Of a stretch of DNA of 64,000 bases, positions 44,223 to 58,339 are shown one piece after another. The first letter of the stretch is position 1; each line of letters starts with the position of its first letter. Origin of the DNA: Felis catus (Eukaryota); assembly GCF_018350175.1 (NCBI RefSeq), contig NC_058368.1, positions 144,028,001 to 144,092,000 of the forward strand. The letters run 5' to 3'. The translations under genes and the position numbers were made by a program. The notes under the pieces are model-generated. The model was not told the DNA's origin. It saw only the letters and a program-made list of their open reading frames with translations, and made no database searches.

Positions 44223-45032
44223 TAGGAATTTTTGTTACTAAAATATAATTGATTTGATGGAAGGGGAAGGATAAAAATGCCCTGCTAACAAAATTAAGCA
44301 TTTTATGAGTCAATATAGAATTATACCATTAATTTAAATGCCTATACTCTAATGAGTGGTCTTTTTTTTCAAACATGTGCTTAACCAGCCTCATGTATAT
44401 TTTCTTGACTAGGATGCTATAAATTATTAAAGAGTGGTCACTTTGGGAGAGGGACAGTGATAAAATGTGCACTTTGTAGCAATGTGACCTTGATACCAAG
44501 GTTGAAAAAGGCAACATATTTTTTCTGTTGTTTGGTACCTATTTTTGTGAAGTAAGTAAAGGATACCCTTTGAGTGTTTATTCTTTTTTATGTTGATTCA
44601 CCATAAATACAATAACTGAATTTAATAATATATACATTAGAAGCCGTATAGAATATTACTGCCACTCCTTCCTTTCAGTTATCCATTTTCTTGCTATTTT
44701 GGAGATTGGCTAAAGGGTCTATAGTACAGAAGGAAAAAGAGGGCTAATGCTGAAGGATTCCAAAACCAAGTTATTGAAATTCCTCAGACAGCTTTTCTTT
44801 TAGGAGACTAAGGCATTTTAAACCTCAGGTCTGTATTGGGCATATGAAAGAGTAGATATAATTTGCTACACAATCAAGAAATCTTGGTAAATGTTTTAAT
44901 TATTTGTAAATATTATTTAAATATTTGTATGTAATGAGCTGTCTTACTGCTATAAATTTATAGTTTTCATGTATTTTTCTCCTTATTCAAATCTAATGAC
45001 TCATTTCATAGAAAGCATTTTGGTACTAATAA

Positions 45033-45497
<465 letters not shown>

Positions 45498-46046
45498 TAG
45501 TTTATAATCAGCATTCACAATGGAAAATTATTTTTGCATGTTCCAACTTTAAATTAAGAGGATATGGAATTATAGATTCTCAACCCCTTAGTCTATGTCC
45601 ATATTCTCCCTCACTCTACCTCCTGGGTCAGGCAATCAGTGTTACTCGTTTCTTAGGTATTCTCTGTGATTTTACAGAGAAACTATAGAGGACATAGAAA
45701 CTATAGAATATTATTTCTTTGTATGATTTTTAACTTCATTAAGATCCTTACAGGAAGGTGATCTTATAGGGTGGACTCACGTGTACCTTTCTCTAAACTG
45801 AATTAACAGGGTTTTTGTTGCCACAGGTTAATTTTAGGTTAAAATAGCTAAGTCTTGCCATATTCCAGAATCTTTGGTTTTAAGCTCTTACTACTTACTA
45901 GTTACTAATGTGTGTATATATAGATAATGCTTTTAACTTGTGAATTCCATGGCACTAACACTGGAATTTTATTACTAAAGTTGAATTGAAAGTAGCAGTT
46001 GTATTTTTCAGGCTACCTTTAATCTTAATAATGACTTGTTTCCTAA

Positions 46047-46256
<210 letters not shown>

Positions 46257-46395
46257 TGAAATGAATGTATCATATATTAAATAATCAAAAGTTTTTTCTT
46301 TAACCTTTTATTTGGGACAAATGAGAACTAAAATTTGTTGAACATCAATGTGTACTACACATTGCATGTACATTATCATCTTTAACTCTCTACAA

Positions 46396-46615
46396 CAGTG
46401 GTCAGCAAACTTTTATGTAAAAGGTGAGACAGTAAATATCTTGGGCATTGTGGGCTGACGGCTTTTACAACTAACTATTCAGTCCTGCCATTATAGTGCA
46501 AAAGCAGCCATAGACCGTATATAAACTAATGAGTTCACTGTGTTCCAATGAAAGTTTGTTTACAAAATAACTGGTGGGCCAGGTTGGCCCACGGGCCATA
46601 GTTCGCTGACCTCTG
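46396..46615. mobile_element. MER58A-like hAT-Charlie MITE
   Basis: TIRs CAGTGGTCAGCAAAC ... GTTCGCTGACCTCTG; internal 'aaagcagccatagac'. Confidence 0.85.
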
Positions 46616-46770
46616 CACCATAGCAGTCCTACTTGATAAGTAGGTTTTTAATTTTTTAAATTCTGACTTTGTTCACATGATTTAAAATTACAGAAGTCTA
46701 AAAATGTTAAAAAAAAGGAAAACCTTAGTCTTTTCTTTCCTATGTTTTTCTCTAATGTGTCTTTCCTTCC

Positions 46771-48308
46771 TGTGAGTCTCCTTAACTACTCACACAAAAT
46801 TCTTCATTTCTGACACTTCTGGTCACCAGATATGTAGAGAAACTACACCCACCAGCAAGTGGTTCTCAGACTCCAGCAGGATATCCAGAAATTCAACTCA
46901 ATTTTGACACTATATACCCAGAGAGAGAGCATCAGATCCCATAGGTGAAGGGTTCATTCCTACAAGACTGTTCCCCCACACCCCTTCAGATGCTAATTAT
47001 AAGCCCAGGTTGTCTGCTCTGTTTCTGAACAACCAGCTATAGATCAGAAATTCTAACAACCTCCTCCTTGGTTTTAATTAATTTCCTAGAGTGGCTCACA
47101 GAATTCAGGGAAACACTTACGTTTACCAGTTTATTAAAGGATATACACAGATGAAGACATAGGGTGAGGTCTGGGAGGTTCTCAAGCATAGGCACGTCTG
47201 TCCCAGTGAAGTTGGGGTATGTCACCCTCCTAGTGTGGCTGTATTAGCCAGCCTAAAGCTCTCTAAACTCCCCACTAGTGGGATTTTATGGAGGCTTTCT
47301 TATGTTGGTAGGATCAAATAGTAATGCCATTTTTAGCCCCTCTCCCTTCTCTGGACAGTTAAGGGTAGAGCTGAAAAATCTAAAGCTTCTAATTATGGCT
47401 TGGTCTTTCTGGTGACCAGTCCCCATTCAGGAACCCACCCAGAGTCACTTCCTTAGAGTAAAAGATACTCCTAGTGCTCTTATCACTTAGGAATGTATAA
47501 GGGTTTTAGGAGCCCTGTGTCACGGACAGTGTGAAATACAAATATGAGAACAAGAGACACTTAACAGTGTTCTTATCAATTAAGAAATTACAAGGGTAGA
47601 GGTGCCTGAGTGGCTCAGTCGGTTAAGTGTCCAACTTTTGATCCTGGAGCAGGTCATGATTTCATGGTGGGATGGAGTCCCGCCTTGGGCTCTGCATTGA
47701 CAGCATGGAGCCTTCTTGGGATTCTCTCTCACCCTCTCTCTCTGCCCCTCCCCAGCTTGAGCTCTATCTCTCAAAACAAATTAAAAAAATGTGTGAATAT
47801 ATATATATATATATATATACCCACATATATATGTGTGTGTGTGCGTGTGTGTGTGTGTATATATATATTTATATATATATTATATATATATTATATATAA
47901 TATATATATAATATATGTAAATATATATTTATATATATTTATTTATATATTATATATAAATATATATAAATATATATTTATTTATATTATATAAATATAT
48001 ATATTTAAATATATTTAAAAATATATATTTATATATATATAAAATTACTAGGGTGTCAGGAGCCCTATACCAGAAACCAGGTGTATATATATATATTATA
48101 TATATATATATATATAATATATATTATATATATATAGTATATATAATATATATAATATATATATTTATATATATTTTTTATATATATTTTTATATATATA
48201 TTTTTATATATATATTTAAATATATATATATAAAATTACTAGGGTGTCAGGAGCCCTATACCAGAAACCAGGGGGCAGAGAATGATATATATATTCTGTT
48301 GTCTCACA
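46771..48308 (-). mobile_element. MER21/CarLTR-like ERVL solo LTR interrupted by a sense SINE and a (TA)n expansion
   Basis: TG...CA ends; motifs 'ctagagtggctcacagaattcagggaaac' and 'ccagggggcagag...atatatatt'. Confidence 0.72.
47797..48231. repeat. Complex (TA)n/(TG)n low-complexity tract
   Basis: Directly visible. Confidence 0.95.
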
Positions 48309-49676
48309 AGCGTGTATAATAGGACCATCTTTTCAAACATTTCCAGAGAGCAATATTCATGTTGTAGTCCATGTAATGGGTAGCCCCTAGAGATATTAAC
48401 TCCAGGTTATAATGTAATGGTTCCCAGTAGAGTTGTATAAGATAATAGCCCTGGAAAGATCTCCTTCCCACTCTTGACTCCCAACCCCTATAGTCTATCT
48501 CCATACTCTTCTTCATCCTCCATTCCTGGTCATGCAGTCAATGTTAACCATTTCTATGTAGTCTTGATGAATTTTTGCATGTACAAGCAAATAAGTATAT
48601 AAATCCTTTTTATTCCTCCTTTTACTCTTATTTTTTAACCTTGCTCTTTCAATTTATGTTTTAGAGATATTTCATATGACTACATACTCTTTTTAACAGT
48701 TGCATAGTAGTCATTTCTTATATAAATGTACCATAATTTATTTAACTAGTTTTTATGTACTGATTGACATTTAGGTTATCCACAATATTTTGCTTCTGCA
48801 TAAGTGTGAGTATATAACATTCTTAGAGTAGAATTGCCAGGTGTAAGTTTGTACTCAATAGATATTACCATATTGTCTCAAACAGAGGTTACTACCACAA
48901 TTTGTGTGAGAGAGTTCTTCCCCCAAATCTTTATCAAAGCAGTATGTAATCAAATTTTTGACTTTTACCAATTTTATAGGTAAAAAATGATACTCCAGTA
49001 TTATTTTAATGTGCATTTCTGTTTCCAACATCCAGTATAATCAATTTTAAAGCAAGTTCTTCTAGAATGGTTAATCTAAACATGAATGAGTTCATATACT
49101 GAGGGTTTGCTTTTCTTCAGTCAGGATGTGTTATACTCATAGTTCTTTTGGAAAGAACTTCTACTTTGATCTTACTATTAAAAATTCCTTTTTCAAGTAA
49201 GCATCTGGTAATTATTTGTTTCAGTAGCCCAATTATTTTTTTTAGTCAAATGTATTAAAATGTAATTTTCACCAGCAACATTAAATTCAAATATTAAATA
49301 TTTTTGCAACAACAAATTCAAAATAATTTTAAGTAGATTTTTTTTAATACCATAGGTTTTTATTTATAAGTCATGTTGGTAATTATTTAAAACCTTAGTT
49401 CTCTAGTGTGTTTACATGTGCGTTGAGAAGAAACCTAAAGTATGAAGTAGTGGTATTTAAACAATTTTCATGATGTCTATGGGAAAGACACTTACAACTT
49501 ATGTAGCAGATAAAAGAATATATAGGAGATGTGAAACATTAGTTTATGAAGTATTTATCAAGTATTTTCTTAACACGCTTAAACTGATATTTTATAATAG
49601 TTTATATTCATCTGCTGAGTTAAGCAAGATTGCTTACTTTCTAGGGTTGACTTATCAAGATTTTTTTTTTTTCCAG

Positions 49677-49838
49677 GTTGAATTTCAGGCAGGATCTGAT
49701 GGCCGACTTCTTCCTCAGCATTATTTAAATGATCTTGATAGTGCTCTAATCCCTGTACTCCATGGTGGGACCTCCAGCTCTACTAGTTTACCATTAGAAA
49801 TAGAATTAGTATTTTTCATTATAGAAAATCTTTTTTAG
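49677..49838 (+). CDS. ZFYVE16: Coding exon 17, terminal (VEFQAGS...[11 protein letters not shown])
   Basis: poly-T-ccAG|GTTGAA, TAG stop at 49836-49838; summed CDS 4614 nt is divisible by 3. Confidence 0.96.
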   Translation, partial: VEFQAGSDGRLLPQHYLNDLDSALIPVLHGGTSSSTSLPLEIELVFFIIENLF

Positions 49839-51680
49839 TGAAAGATATGAGTAATATTATATATTGCAAACTAATTTGTTAAAACTAAATCCACTAAAAC
49901 TGAAATGCCACAGACACTAAAAGTAAAGATTTGCTGTTTGAAACATGTAAGTTTTGCTTTTTAGGTAGGAAATGATCTTTTTAAATCATTAGCACAATAT
50001 TTAAATCTCTAAAAATTTAAGAGACCCACAGTTTTTGAAGCTCTGACTTAATACAAGTTCTATAAAGACAAAGATTTTTTTCTGTCTTTAATAAATTTGT
50101 AGCATTTACTGTGTTATTTAAATGCAAAGCCAAAGTATCTGCACTTATGTATACCTCTTTATGCCAAGAATGATTTTAATGAAGGCTCTTTTCAGATGTA
50201 ACCTTATGAGGGAAATAGCTGTTACATATGCCAGTTACATTGCTGGCTTCTAGAGTCTGTTAAAAATGAATTTCAATGGCACAGTTTCCAGATCTTAGTC
50301 TTATAATTCTTTGAATAAGGCAGATAACGTATTTGTATAATTGGAGTGGAGACCTACCTCCATGATTAGATAAACTCTGATTATTTGGATCAAAATCAGA
50401 ATCTTGCCTTTTTTCTTCTCAAATTATTATATATATATATATATATATATATGGTTTTCTTTATTAAATGGGTATTCTTAAAATAATTGTGGGTGCTTCA
50501 GAATTTTGTGCTTATATATTTAAATACATTGTTTTTATAGCAAAAACGTGATTCAGTATATGTTTTATAAGTCTTTAATAATTTATAAATAGGTAATATT
50601 TTTGTATTGCAGTGCATTATGTTTTCTCCTTTCCTTCCAAAATATACCCCACTGTATTTACCACTTCTAAGAGTGATGGACAACAGGCCACATGACCCTT
50701 GAAGTAGTCATTATGTAGCAATAAATGAAGCCTGAAACAGGTTTTTTTTAACTTCTCCTTTAAACCTTAGAACTTTCTTGGCAAGTCTGCATATTTTCCG
50801 TGACACCAATGTACTAAATATACATTTTAATGAACTAATTACTTTTGCATATTTTATATTCTCTATATGGTAGTTATTTTTTATAACAGGATATTAACCT
50901 AAGTTAAATTCTGTGTGTTTGAAACTGTTACAGAACTTTCCTCTTCAAACAGCAAAATTGTAAGAAGTACTTTGTGTTAAAAAAAAAAAAAAGTAAAGGG
51001 GATATTTTAGTTAGTCCTATAATTTACATTATATAGAATATAATCATTATTTTCATGTTTCTTTTTTATTCTTATGTGGTATATGTTTTTGTATCAAAAC
51101 ACTCATTGTATATTTCAAGAAAAAAGAAAACTACACTAAATAACCCTGATGTAAGAAAAAAGACTTATGAAGCATCTCAACACTAAATAACCCTGATGTA
51201 AGAAAAATACTTATGAAGACCAAGTCAGGGTTATAACTCAGGATCTGAGTCTCAGGCTAGGAGAGACTGAGAATTTTATTCCATTGGTCATATGGTTCCT
51301 ACTGAATCACATCTGTAGTACTAGCCAAAGACATCCTATGAAGGAGATTATCAGTCTCCTGGAAGTAGCTACTTCATAAGCAATGTAAAATGTTGCAGCT
51401 ATTAAATAAAAAGGCAACACAAAGTAACCTGTGAAATTTATTGAAATGGTATAGGATAAAAACAATTGCATATCAAACTCAGTTTATGTTTTCTGTGTAT
51501 ACTGTGTGTTTATTTTGCAGTATAAATAGTTGCACAGTCTATGAATACTGAAATTACTTTAAAATAACAATTTGGTGCAGGGTGCTTCCCATGATATAGG
51601 ATAGGATAGGATTTGGATTTGTTTTCATAAAGTCTCTACATTTAATAAAAATTGGAATAATGTGCCTTTGGAGGCACATT
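49839..51680 (+). other. ZFYVE16: ZFYVE16 3' UTR with candidate polyadenylation signals
   Basis: AT-rich and transposon-free; AATAAA at 50090, 50720, 51405, 51644, the last followed by GT/T-rich sequence. True end unknown. Confidence 0.65.
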
Positions 51681-52487
51681 TTGAAGTGTTCTTTGTAGCT
51701 GTACAATATGTTTCTGAATGCCATTGTTACTTATTTGGTCATGTTCTTCACATTGGTACTTAATTTTGAAATTTTAATTTTTTTAAAGGTGAAGAAATAG
51801 AATGGTTCTTTGTATTCAGTCTGCACTGATCTGTTTTTGGTCTTACACCTTTTAGTATTGCTCTTTTTCTCTGAATTTTGAAGTATGAAGTAAAATCTAG
51901 CCCACTTGTTCTATGCAGCCACCAAGCAAACTTTGTGTCTATATACTTGCTATGTGTAGAGCACTTTATTAGGCTTCACTGGTTGACAGATGAATAAAAT
52001 ATTTCTGTCCCTAATGGAACTGAATATGTGAAGCAGATAATTAACAAAGTAAAAGTAATTGCTATAATAGAGATATGAGTCTTGACTACATGGTTGGAAA
52101 ACAACCCAGGAGGATGGCTATACCAATAAGGAGAAGGTTACCTGAGAACTTGTTAGATAGTGGGCATTAAACTTGGCCAGGTAAGAGATAAAAATCTGAA
52201 AAGTAGGTAACATATAGAAAGACTAGACCTTCTCTTGTATGAATATCTCACCTTCTGATTTAATCATAAAAGCAGTAGCCTGACTATGGTATCTCAACTG
52301 CCTAAATTTGTAATAGCCTAGATTCAAATATTGTTTTATAAGAACAGAACTTTTCTTTTTTTAGTAGCAAGTATAACTTTGATAACTTGACTCCTATTTT
52401 AAAAGAAAATATCCTGAAATAAACCAGAAACCTACAAAACCATCTTAGGTTTTAATTTTTTTCTTTGTGATTAAAAAAATATATTTC

Positions 52488-53902
52488 AGGGGTGCCTGGT
52501 GGCTCAGTTGGTTGAATGTCCAACTTCTGATTTTGGCTCAGGTCATGATCTCATGGATTGTGAGTTCAAGCCTTACATCAGGCAGTGCAGAGCCTGCTTG
52601 GGATTCTCTCTCTTTCCCCTTCGCTGCCCCTCCCCCACTCATTCTCCCCCCCCCAAAAATAAACATTAAAAAATTTAAAAAGTTTCATAGATATTTATAT
52701 ATTATATATATATTTACACAGACACACATACATGATTCAAAAATCAGAATAATATACAAAACTTATCATTGTAGGGTCATCTGGGTGGTTCAGTCAGTTA
52801 AGCGTTCAATTTCAGCTCAGGTCATGATCTTGCAATTCATGGTTTGAGCCTCATGCTGGGCTGTGTGCTGACAACTCAGAGCCTGCACCCTGCTTCGGAT
52901 CCTGTGTCTCCCTCTCTCTCTGCCCCCCCCCCCCCGCCCTCCGCCTTGCTCTCTGTCTCTGTGTCTCTCTCTCTCTGTCAAAAAGAAAAATAAACATTAA
53001 AAAGAAACATCAATGTAAAATTCACCTTCCACGTGTCTACCTTGTTCTTCTTACCCTCCAATCTCAACAAGTAATCATTTTTATTAGTTTCTTTTTTAAA
53101 AATTTTTTTAATGTTTTATTTATTTTTGAGAGAGAGCATGAGTGGGGGAGGGGCAGAGAGAGGGGGAGACACAGAATCCGAAGCAGGCTCTAGGCTCCGA
53201 GCTGTCAGCACAGAGCCTGACGCAGAGCTTGAACCCATGAACTGTGAGATCATGACCTGAGCCGAAGTCTGCCGCTTAACCAACTGAGCCACCCAGGAGT
53301 CCCATTTCATATGTATTTTCCCACAGTTTAGGTGTAGTAGCAGCAAATACAAATAGATACAGGTATTTTTTTTCCTCTTTTCATTTTTTATACAAAAAAA
53401 AAAAAAATGTACCATGGTGTTTATCCTGAAGAACACATTCACTTCCTCAATTACTTTGAGTTATGAGGTTCATATTTAGAATTTTAAAGGTTTTGTTCCT
53501 TCTCAAACCACTATTGATAAAAGCTTATTAATTGCAGAAAGACAAAATCCTGTTACTGGAATTATGACCATATGTTTCAGTGGGAGGACTATTTTTCTCA
53601 TAACAACTTTTTTATTACTAAAACACTTGCAAGGTTATTTTTATTTGAGCTATATTTAAAATTTTTATTTTTTTTATTTTTATTTTTTAATTTTTTTTTC
53701 AACATTTATTTATTTTTGGGACAGAGAGAGACAGAGCATGAACGGGGGAGGGGCAGAGAGAGAGGGAGACACAGAATCGGAAACAGGCTCCAGGCTCTGA
53801 GCCATCAGCCCAGAGCCCGACGCGGGGCTCGAACTCACGGACCGCGAGATCGTGACCTGGCTGAAGTCGGACACTTAACCGGCTGCGCCACCCAGGCGCC
53901 CC
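52488..53902. mobile_element. Four CAN-SINEs (+, +, -, - young SINEC_Fc)
   Basis: 52488-52680, 52773-53005, 53095-53303, 53660-53902. Confidence 0.9.
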
Positions 53903-54199
53903 AAAATTTTTATTTTTTTTAAGACACGAAGCCTTGCCATCTAAATTTATCTTCTGCTATATAATTGACATTTTCTTTTCACATCAGATTTTTGTAGTTT
54001 CAAATCTTTTATTCTTTTGTATTAAGCTTGGAACAATTTAATATTTAACACTTTTTAGGAAATACTTTGTGCATCTGCACTGATAAAATTACAACCATAT
54101 TTTTCATGCTTTATACAAATGAAGAAGTAGGTCTAACTCAAGTGCTTTATTATGAACCTCTGAATATAATAAAGGTTTTCTTTTTCTTTTGGTAAAATA

Positions 54200-54748
54200 C
54201 AGTGCTTCCCAGCCTCCAATATAACCCCCAGTGATCCCTACCTCCTGATATTCATACCCTTGTGTAGTCCCTCCCACATAACATTGTTGGTCTTTGCGAC
54301 CAATAGAATATGGCAGAAGGGTTGGGATGTTATTTCTAAGACTGTTGTGAAAAACTATCCCTTCTATCTTTGGTGCATTTCTTCCCACTCTTCCTTTCCT
54401 CCTTTTTTTTTTTTTTCTATCCTTTCTTCTTTGCTCTGTGCCTCCCTTCCTGTCTGTTAGATCACTCATTCTTGGGGAAGCCAGGTGCCAGGCATGGGCA
54501 GCACCATGGGGAGGCCCATTTGACAAAGAACTGAAGCCAACAGCCAAATGAGTGGAAGTGGATCCTACAACTCCAGTCAAGCCCTCAAATTGCAGTCACA
54601 GCCAAAAGGTTGTGACCTCACGATAACCATCAAAATAAGCCATTCTCTGATTCCTGAACCTCAGAAACTGTAAGATTATAAATTTTTCTGGTGCTAAATT
54701 TTCTGGTGATTTGTTATATGCAGCAAGTACTATTAGATAACTAATATA
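54200..54748 (+). mobile_element. MLT1 (ERVL-MaLR) solo LTR
   Basis: 'cccccagtgatccctacctcctgatattcatacccttgtgtagtccctccc' start; 'cagaaactgtaagat...gttatatgcagcaa...ataactaata' end. Confidence 0.8.
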
Positions 54749-55866
54749 ATATTTTTGAGCAGCTATACACAAAAATTGCTAAAAGTGATTAACTGTTGAT
54801 AGAATAAAGCATATTTCCTAGCAACATTTATGGATTACATGCCACAAGTAGGATGTGCTATGTGCAGAGAATACCAATAGAATAGGGTTTGGCCATATAG
54901 GAACAAAGATGGAGTTGTGGGAAACTTCCTGTTTCTGGGAATTGCATGCTGGGATACTTAGATCCATTCTTCTGCTGAAAACCTAAGGTGATTAAAATAC
55001 AAAACTCTTCTTAAAGCATCAAGAGATTAGACAGGAATGTTTAAGAGGAAAGAGAAAAAGAGAAGTTGGCATGTGGTCCTATTTGAGACAAACTTACGGG
55101 GTGAGGGGGGGTAAATACCAAAGTTCAAGAGCCACACAGGGCTGTGCATCTAATCAGAATCATGAACCTAATGGGAATTTCCCCACAAGGCTGAGACACA
55201 CCAACCCCAAAGGGTTTTAGCCTTGGGATGAGGATGAACCAGAAGTACAAAGTATTATAAAACTGTAGCCAAATTTAGAATTGCCTACATCATCCAAACT
55301 CTTAAGCATTTAACTTGCTTTAAGGTGTTCCACTCTGCAGAAGGAATAAAAATGTAAATCTTCTCCATAGCAAAGTAACTTCATTGCAGGCCTCAAATTA
55401 CTTTTCAAGTATAATATTTACTAACACACAGTTAAATAAGTAGTCATGTAAGGAAATGACTCCAGAGCCAAGAACTAGTAGAAATAATGAAAAACTCCTT
55501 TAGGTATTAGATTCCTGATTTCTGTGTTTAAAAAATAGGTGTGAGGTACCTGTAGGGAATGGGACACCATAAAAAGTGATGGAGCTAATTTGGGAAAACA
55601 CTGACTACACATGTTGCAAGAATATATAAAAACTCTAAAGCTCTAAGTAGGTTTAATGGTAGGATAGAATACAGCCACTGGGGAAAATTTATAAATAAGG
55701 GTATAAATCAGGAAAAATTCTCCAGAGGTGCAGCCTGGAAAGACAACAAGTGGGAAAGATGGAAAGAAACATATACAGCAGGTACTGAGAAGTCATAATA
55801 TATGCTTAACTAGCTTCAGGAGACAGGAGAATAGGACACAACAAATACTTAAAAACATTTTTTTTT

Positions 55867-56251
55867 AGGGGCACCTGGGTGGCTAAGTGGGTTAAGTGGC
55901 CGACTTCAGCTCAGGTCATGATCTCGTGGTCTGTGAGTTAGAGCCCTGCATCAGGCTCAGTGCTGACCACTTGGAGCCTGGAGCCTGCTTCAGATTCTGT
56001 GTCTCCCTCTCTCTCTAGCCCTCCCCCGTTTGCGCTCTGTCTCTCTCTTTCAAAAATGAATAAATGTTAAAAAAAGTTTTTAATGTTTCATTTTGAGAGA
56101 GAACACAAGCAGGGGAGGGGCAGAGAGATGGAGACATAGAATCTGAAGCTGTTAGCACAGAGCCCAATGGCTGAGCTCAAACCCATTAGCTGTAAGATCA
56201 TGACTTGAGCCAAAGTTGGACGCTTAACTGATTGAGCCACCCAGGCACCCC
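55867..56251. mobile_element. Tail-to-tail inverted CAN-SINE pair (+ 55867-56075, - 56077-56251)
   Basis: A-tail directly abuts T-tail. Confidence 0.9.
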
Positions 56252-56865
56252 TCAACAAATATTTTTAAATATAAACTTTTGAAAACCGATGAGAGACATT
56301 ACTCCACAGATTTAGGAAGCTAGACAACTCCCAAACAAAAAGGAATCATAGACATAGTAAAACAGGAACTGCCAGCTGGCACAGAGTCCAAGTAACAGTT
56401 TTGCTCTCTCTAGTCAAAAAAACAGGAAAAAGGGAGTTGGGGCCATGAGACAGACTTTTGAATTTACTTGCCTTATTCCTGGAGAGCTACAGAAAAGCAG
56501 CATGCGCACACACACACCCTCCTCACCATGTGTAAACCCTGTGAGGGAACCTTGCCCTACACCAAGCTAGAGACACCAAAACAGCATCACCCCTCTCTAC
56601 CCACTGGTGCAGTGGTGGCAGACAATCAGACTGCTGGGTGGAATACTGGGAATGGTTAAGGGAGGCCGAAAGCCCTGACCTTCTACCAGAAGACCAAGGA
56701 GGAGGATCTTGGAACCAGAGAATGTGGGTAAAGATCATAGGAAGTGAACCTCCAAATTTGTGTATAAAATCCTGGGACCAGTCCCAAGCTGTGCATGTGT
56801 GAAACTGACCAGAAGCAGCTGAGCAAGGGTTTTAAACACTGAACTACAATGCATATCACTATAGC

Positions 56866-58337
56866 CATTAACTCAGAGATAATGTGGCATAAAGCAAATA
56901 TCACAATAAAGCAAGTCAAATTTGAATTTTTTGACTTCCCAGTGCACATAAAAGTTATGGTCATACTATACTGTTTTCTATTAAGCTGTGATAGCATTAT
57001 GTCTAAAAAACAACTTACATACCTTAATTTTAAAATTCTTTATTGCTAAAAAAATGTTAACCATCATTTGAGCTTTCAGCACATCATAATCTTTTTGCTG
57101 GTGGAGGGTCTTTATCAACTAAGTTTATGTAATATTCTAAATCTTTGGTGTCATTGCAGTAATCTTCACAGCATCTTCAACGGGAGTAGATATCATCTCA
57201 AGGAACCACTTTCTTTGCTCATCCATAAGAAGCAAGTGCTCATCTGTTCAAGTTTTATCATGAGATGGTAGCAATTCAGTTACATCTCCAGCTCCACTTC
57301 TAATTCTAGTTATCTTGCTATCTGCATCACATCTGTAGTTATGTCCTGCACTGAAGCCCTGAACCCCTCAAAATTATCCATGAGGGCTGGAATTAACTTC
57401 TCCCAAACTGGGTAATGTTGATACTTTGACCTCTTCCCATGAGTCACAAATGTTCATAACAGCATCTACACTGGTGAATCCTTTCGAGAAGGTTTTCAGA
57501 TGACTGCCCAGATCCATCACAGGAATCAATACACAGCTCTAGCCTTACAAAATATTTTTTTCTTTTTCTTTTTCTTTGAAAAATAATGTGGGGGGGGGGT
57601 GGGGAGCAGGGAGAGACAGAATCTTAAGCAGGCTCCACGTTCAGTACAGAGTCCAATGCAGGGGTCAATCCCACGACCTTGGGATCATGACCTGAGCCAA
57701 AATCAAGAGTCACATGCTCAACTGACTCAGCCACCCAGGTGCCCCACAAAATGTATTTCTTAAATAAGGCCTGAAAATAGAAATGACTCCTTACTTAATC
57801 AATGGGCTGGAGAATGGATACAGTGCTAGCAGGCATGAAAGTAACATTAATCTCATTGTACATCTCCATTAGAGCTCTTGGGTGGCCAGGGGAATTGTCA
57901 ATGAGCTGTCATATTTTGAAAGAAATCTTTTTTGAGCAGTAGGTCTCAACAGTGGGCTTAAAATATTCAGTAAACCGGGGCGCCTGGGTGGCTTAGTCGG
58001 TTAAGCGTCCGACTTCGGCTCAGGTCATGATCTCACGGTCCGTGAGTTCGAGCCCTGCATCGGGCTCTGTACTGACAGCTCAGAGCCTGGAGCCTGCTTC
58101 GGATTCTGTGTCTTCCTGTCTCTCTGACCCTCCCCCATTCACGCTCTGTCTCTCTCTGTCTCAAAAATAAATAATAAAAAAATTAAAGAAATTAAAAAAT
58201 ATATTCAGTAAACCATAGTGAGCAAATGCTGTTGGAAAAATGGCACTGATAGACTTGTTTGACACAGGGTTGCCACAAACCTTCAATTTGTGGAAAACAC
58301 AATTATCTGTGAAGTGCAATATAATGAGGTATGCCTG
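56866..58337 (-). mobile_element. Internally deleted Tigger1 DNA transposon carrying two SINEs (57555-57745 -, 57977-58200 +)
   Basis: Right end 'cagggttgccacaaaccttcaatttgt...gaggtatgcctg' matches the Tigger1 terminus; minus-strand transposase remnant LLLMDEQRKWFLEM. Confidence 0.88.
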
Positions 58338-58339
58338 GA

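Noticed and set aside
54104..54580. 158-aa minus-strand ORF with a basic stretch
   Set aside because: Antisense to an MLT1 LTR with a pyrimidine-rich low-complexity insert.
57068..57500. Possible domesticated Tigger transposase
   Set aside because: Internally deleted, SINE-interrupted, no long ORF on the coding (minus) strand.
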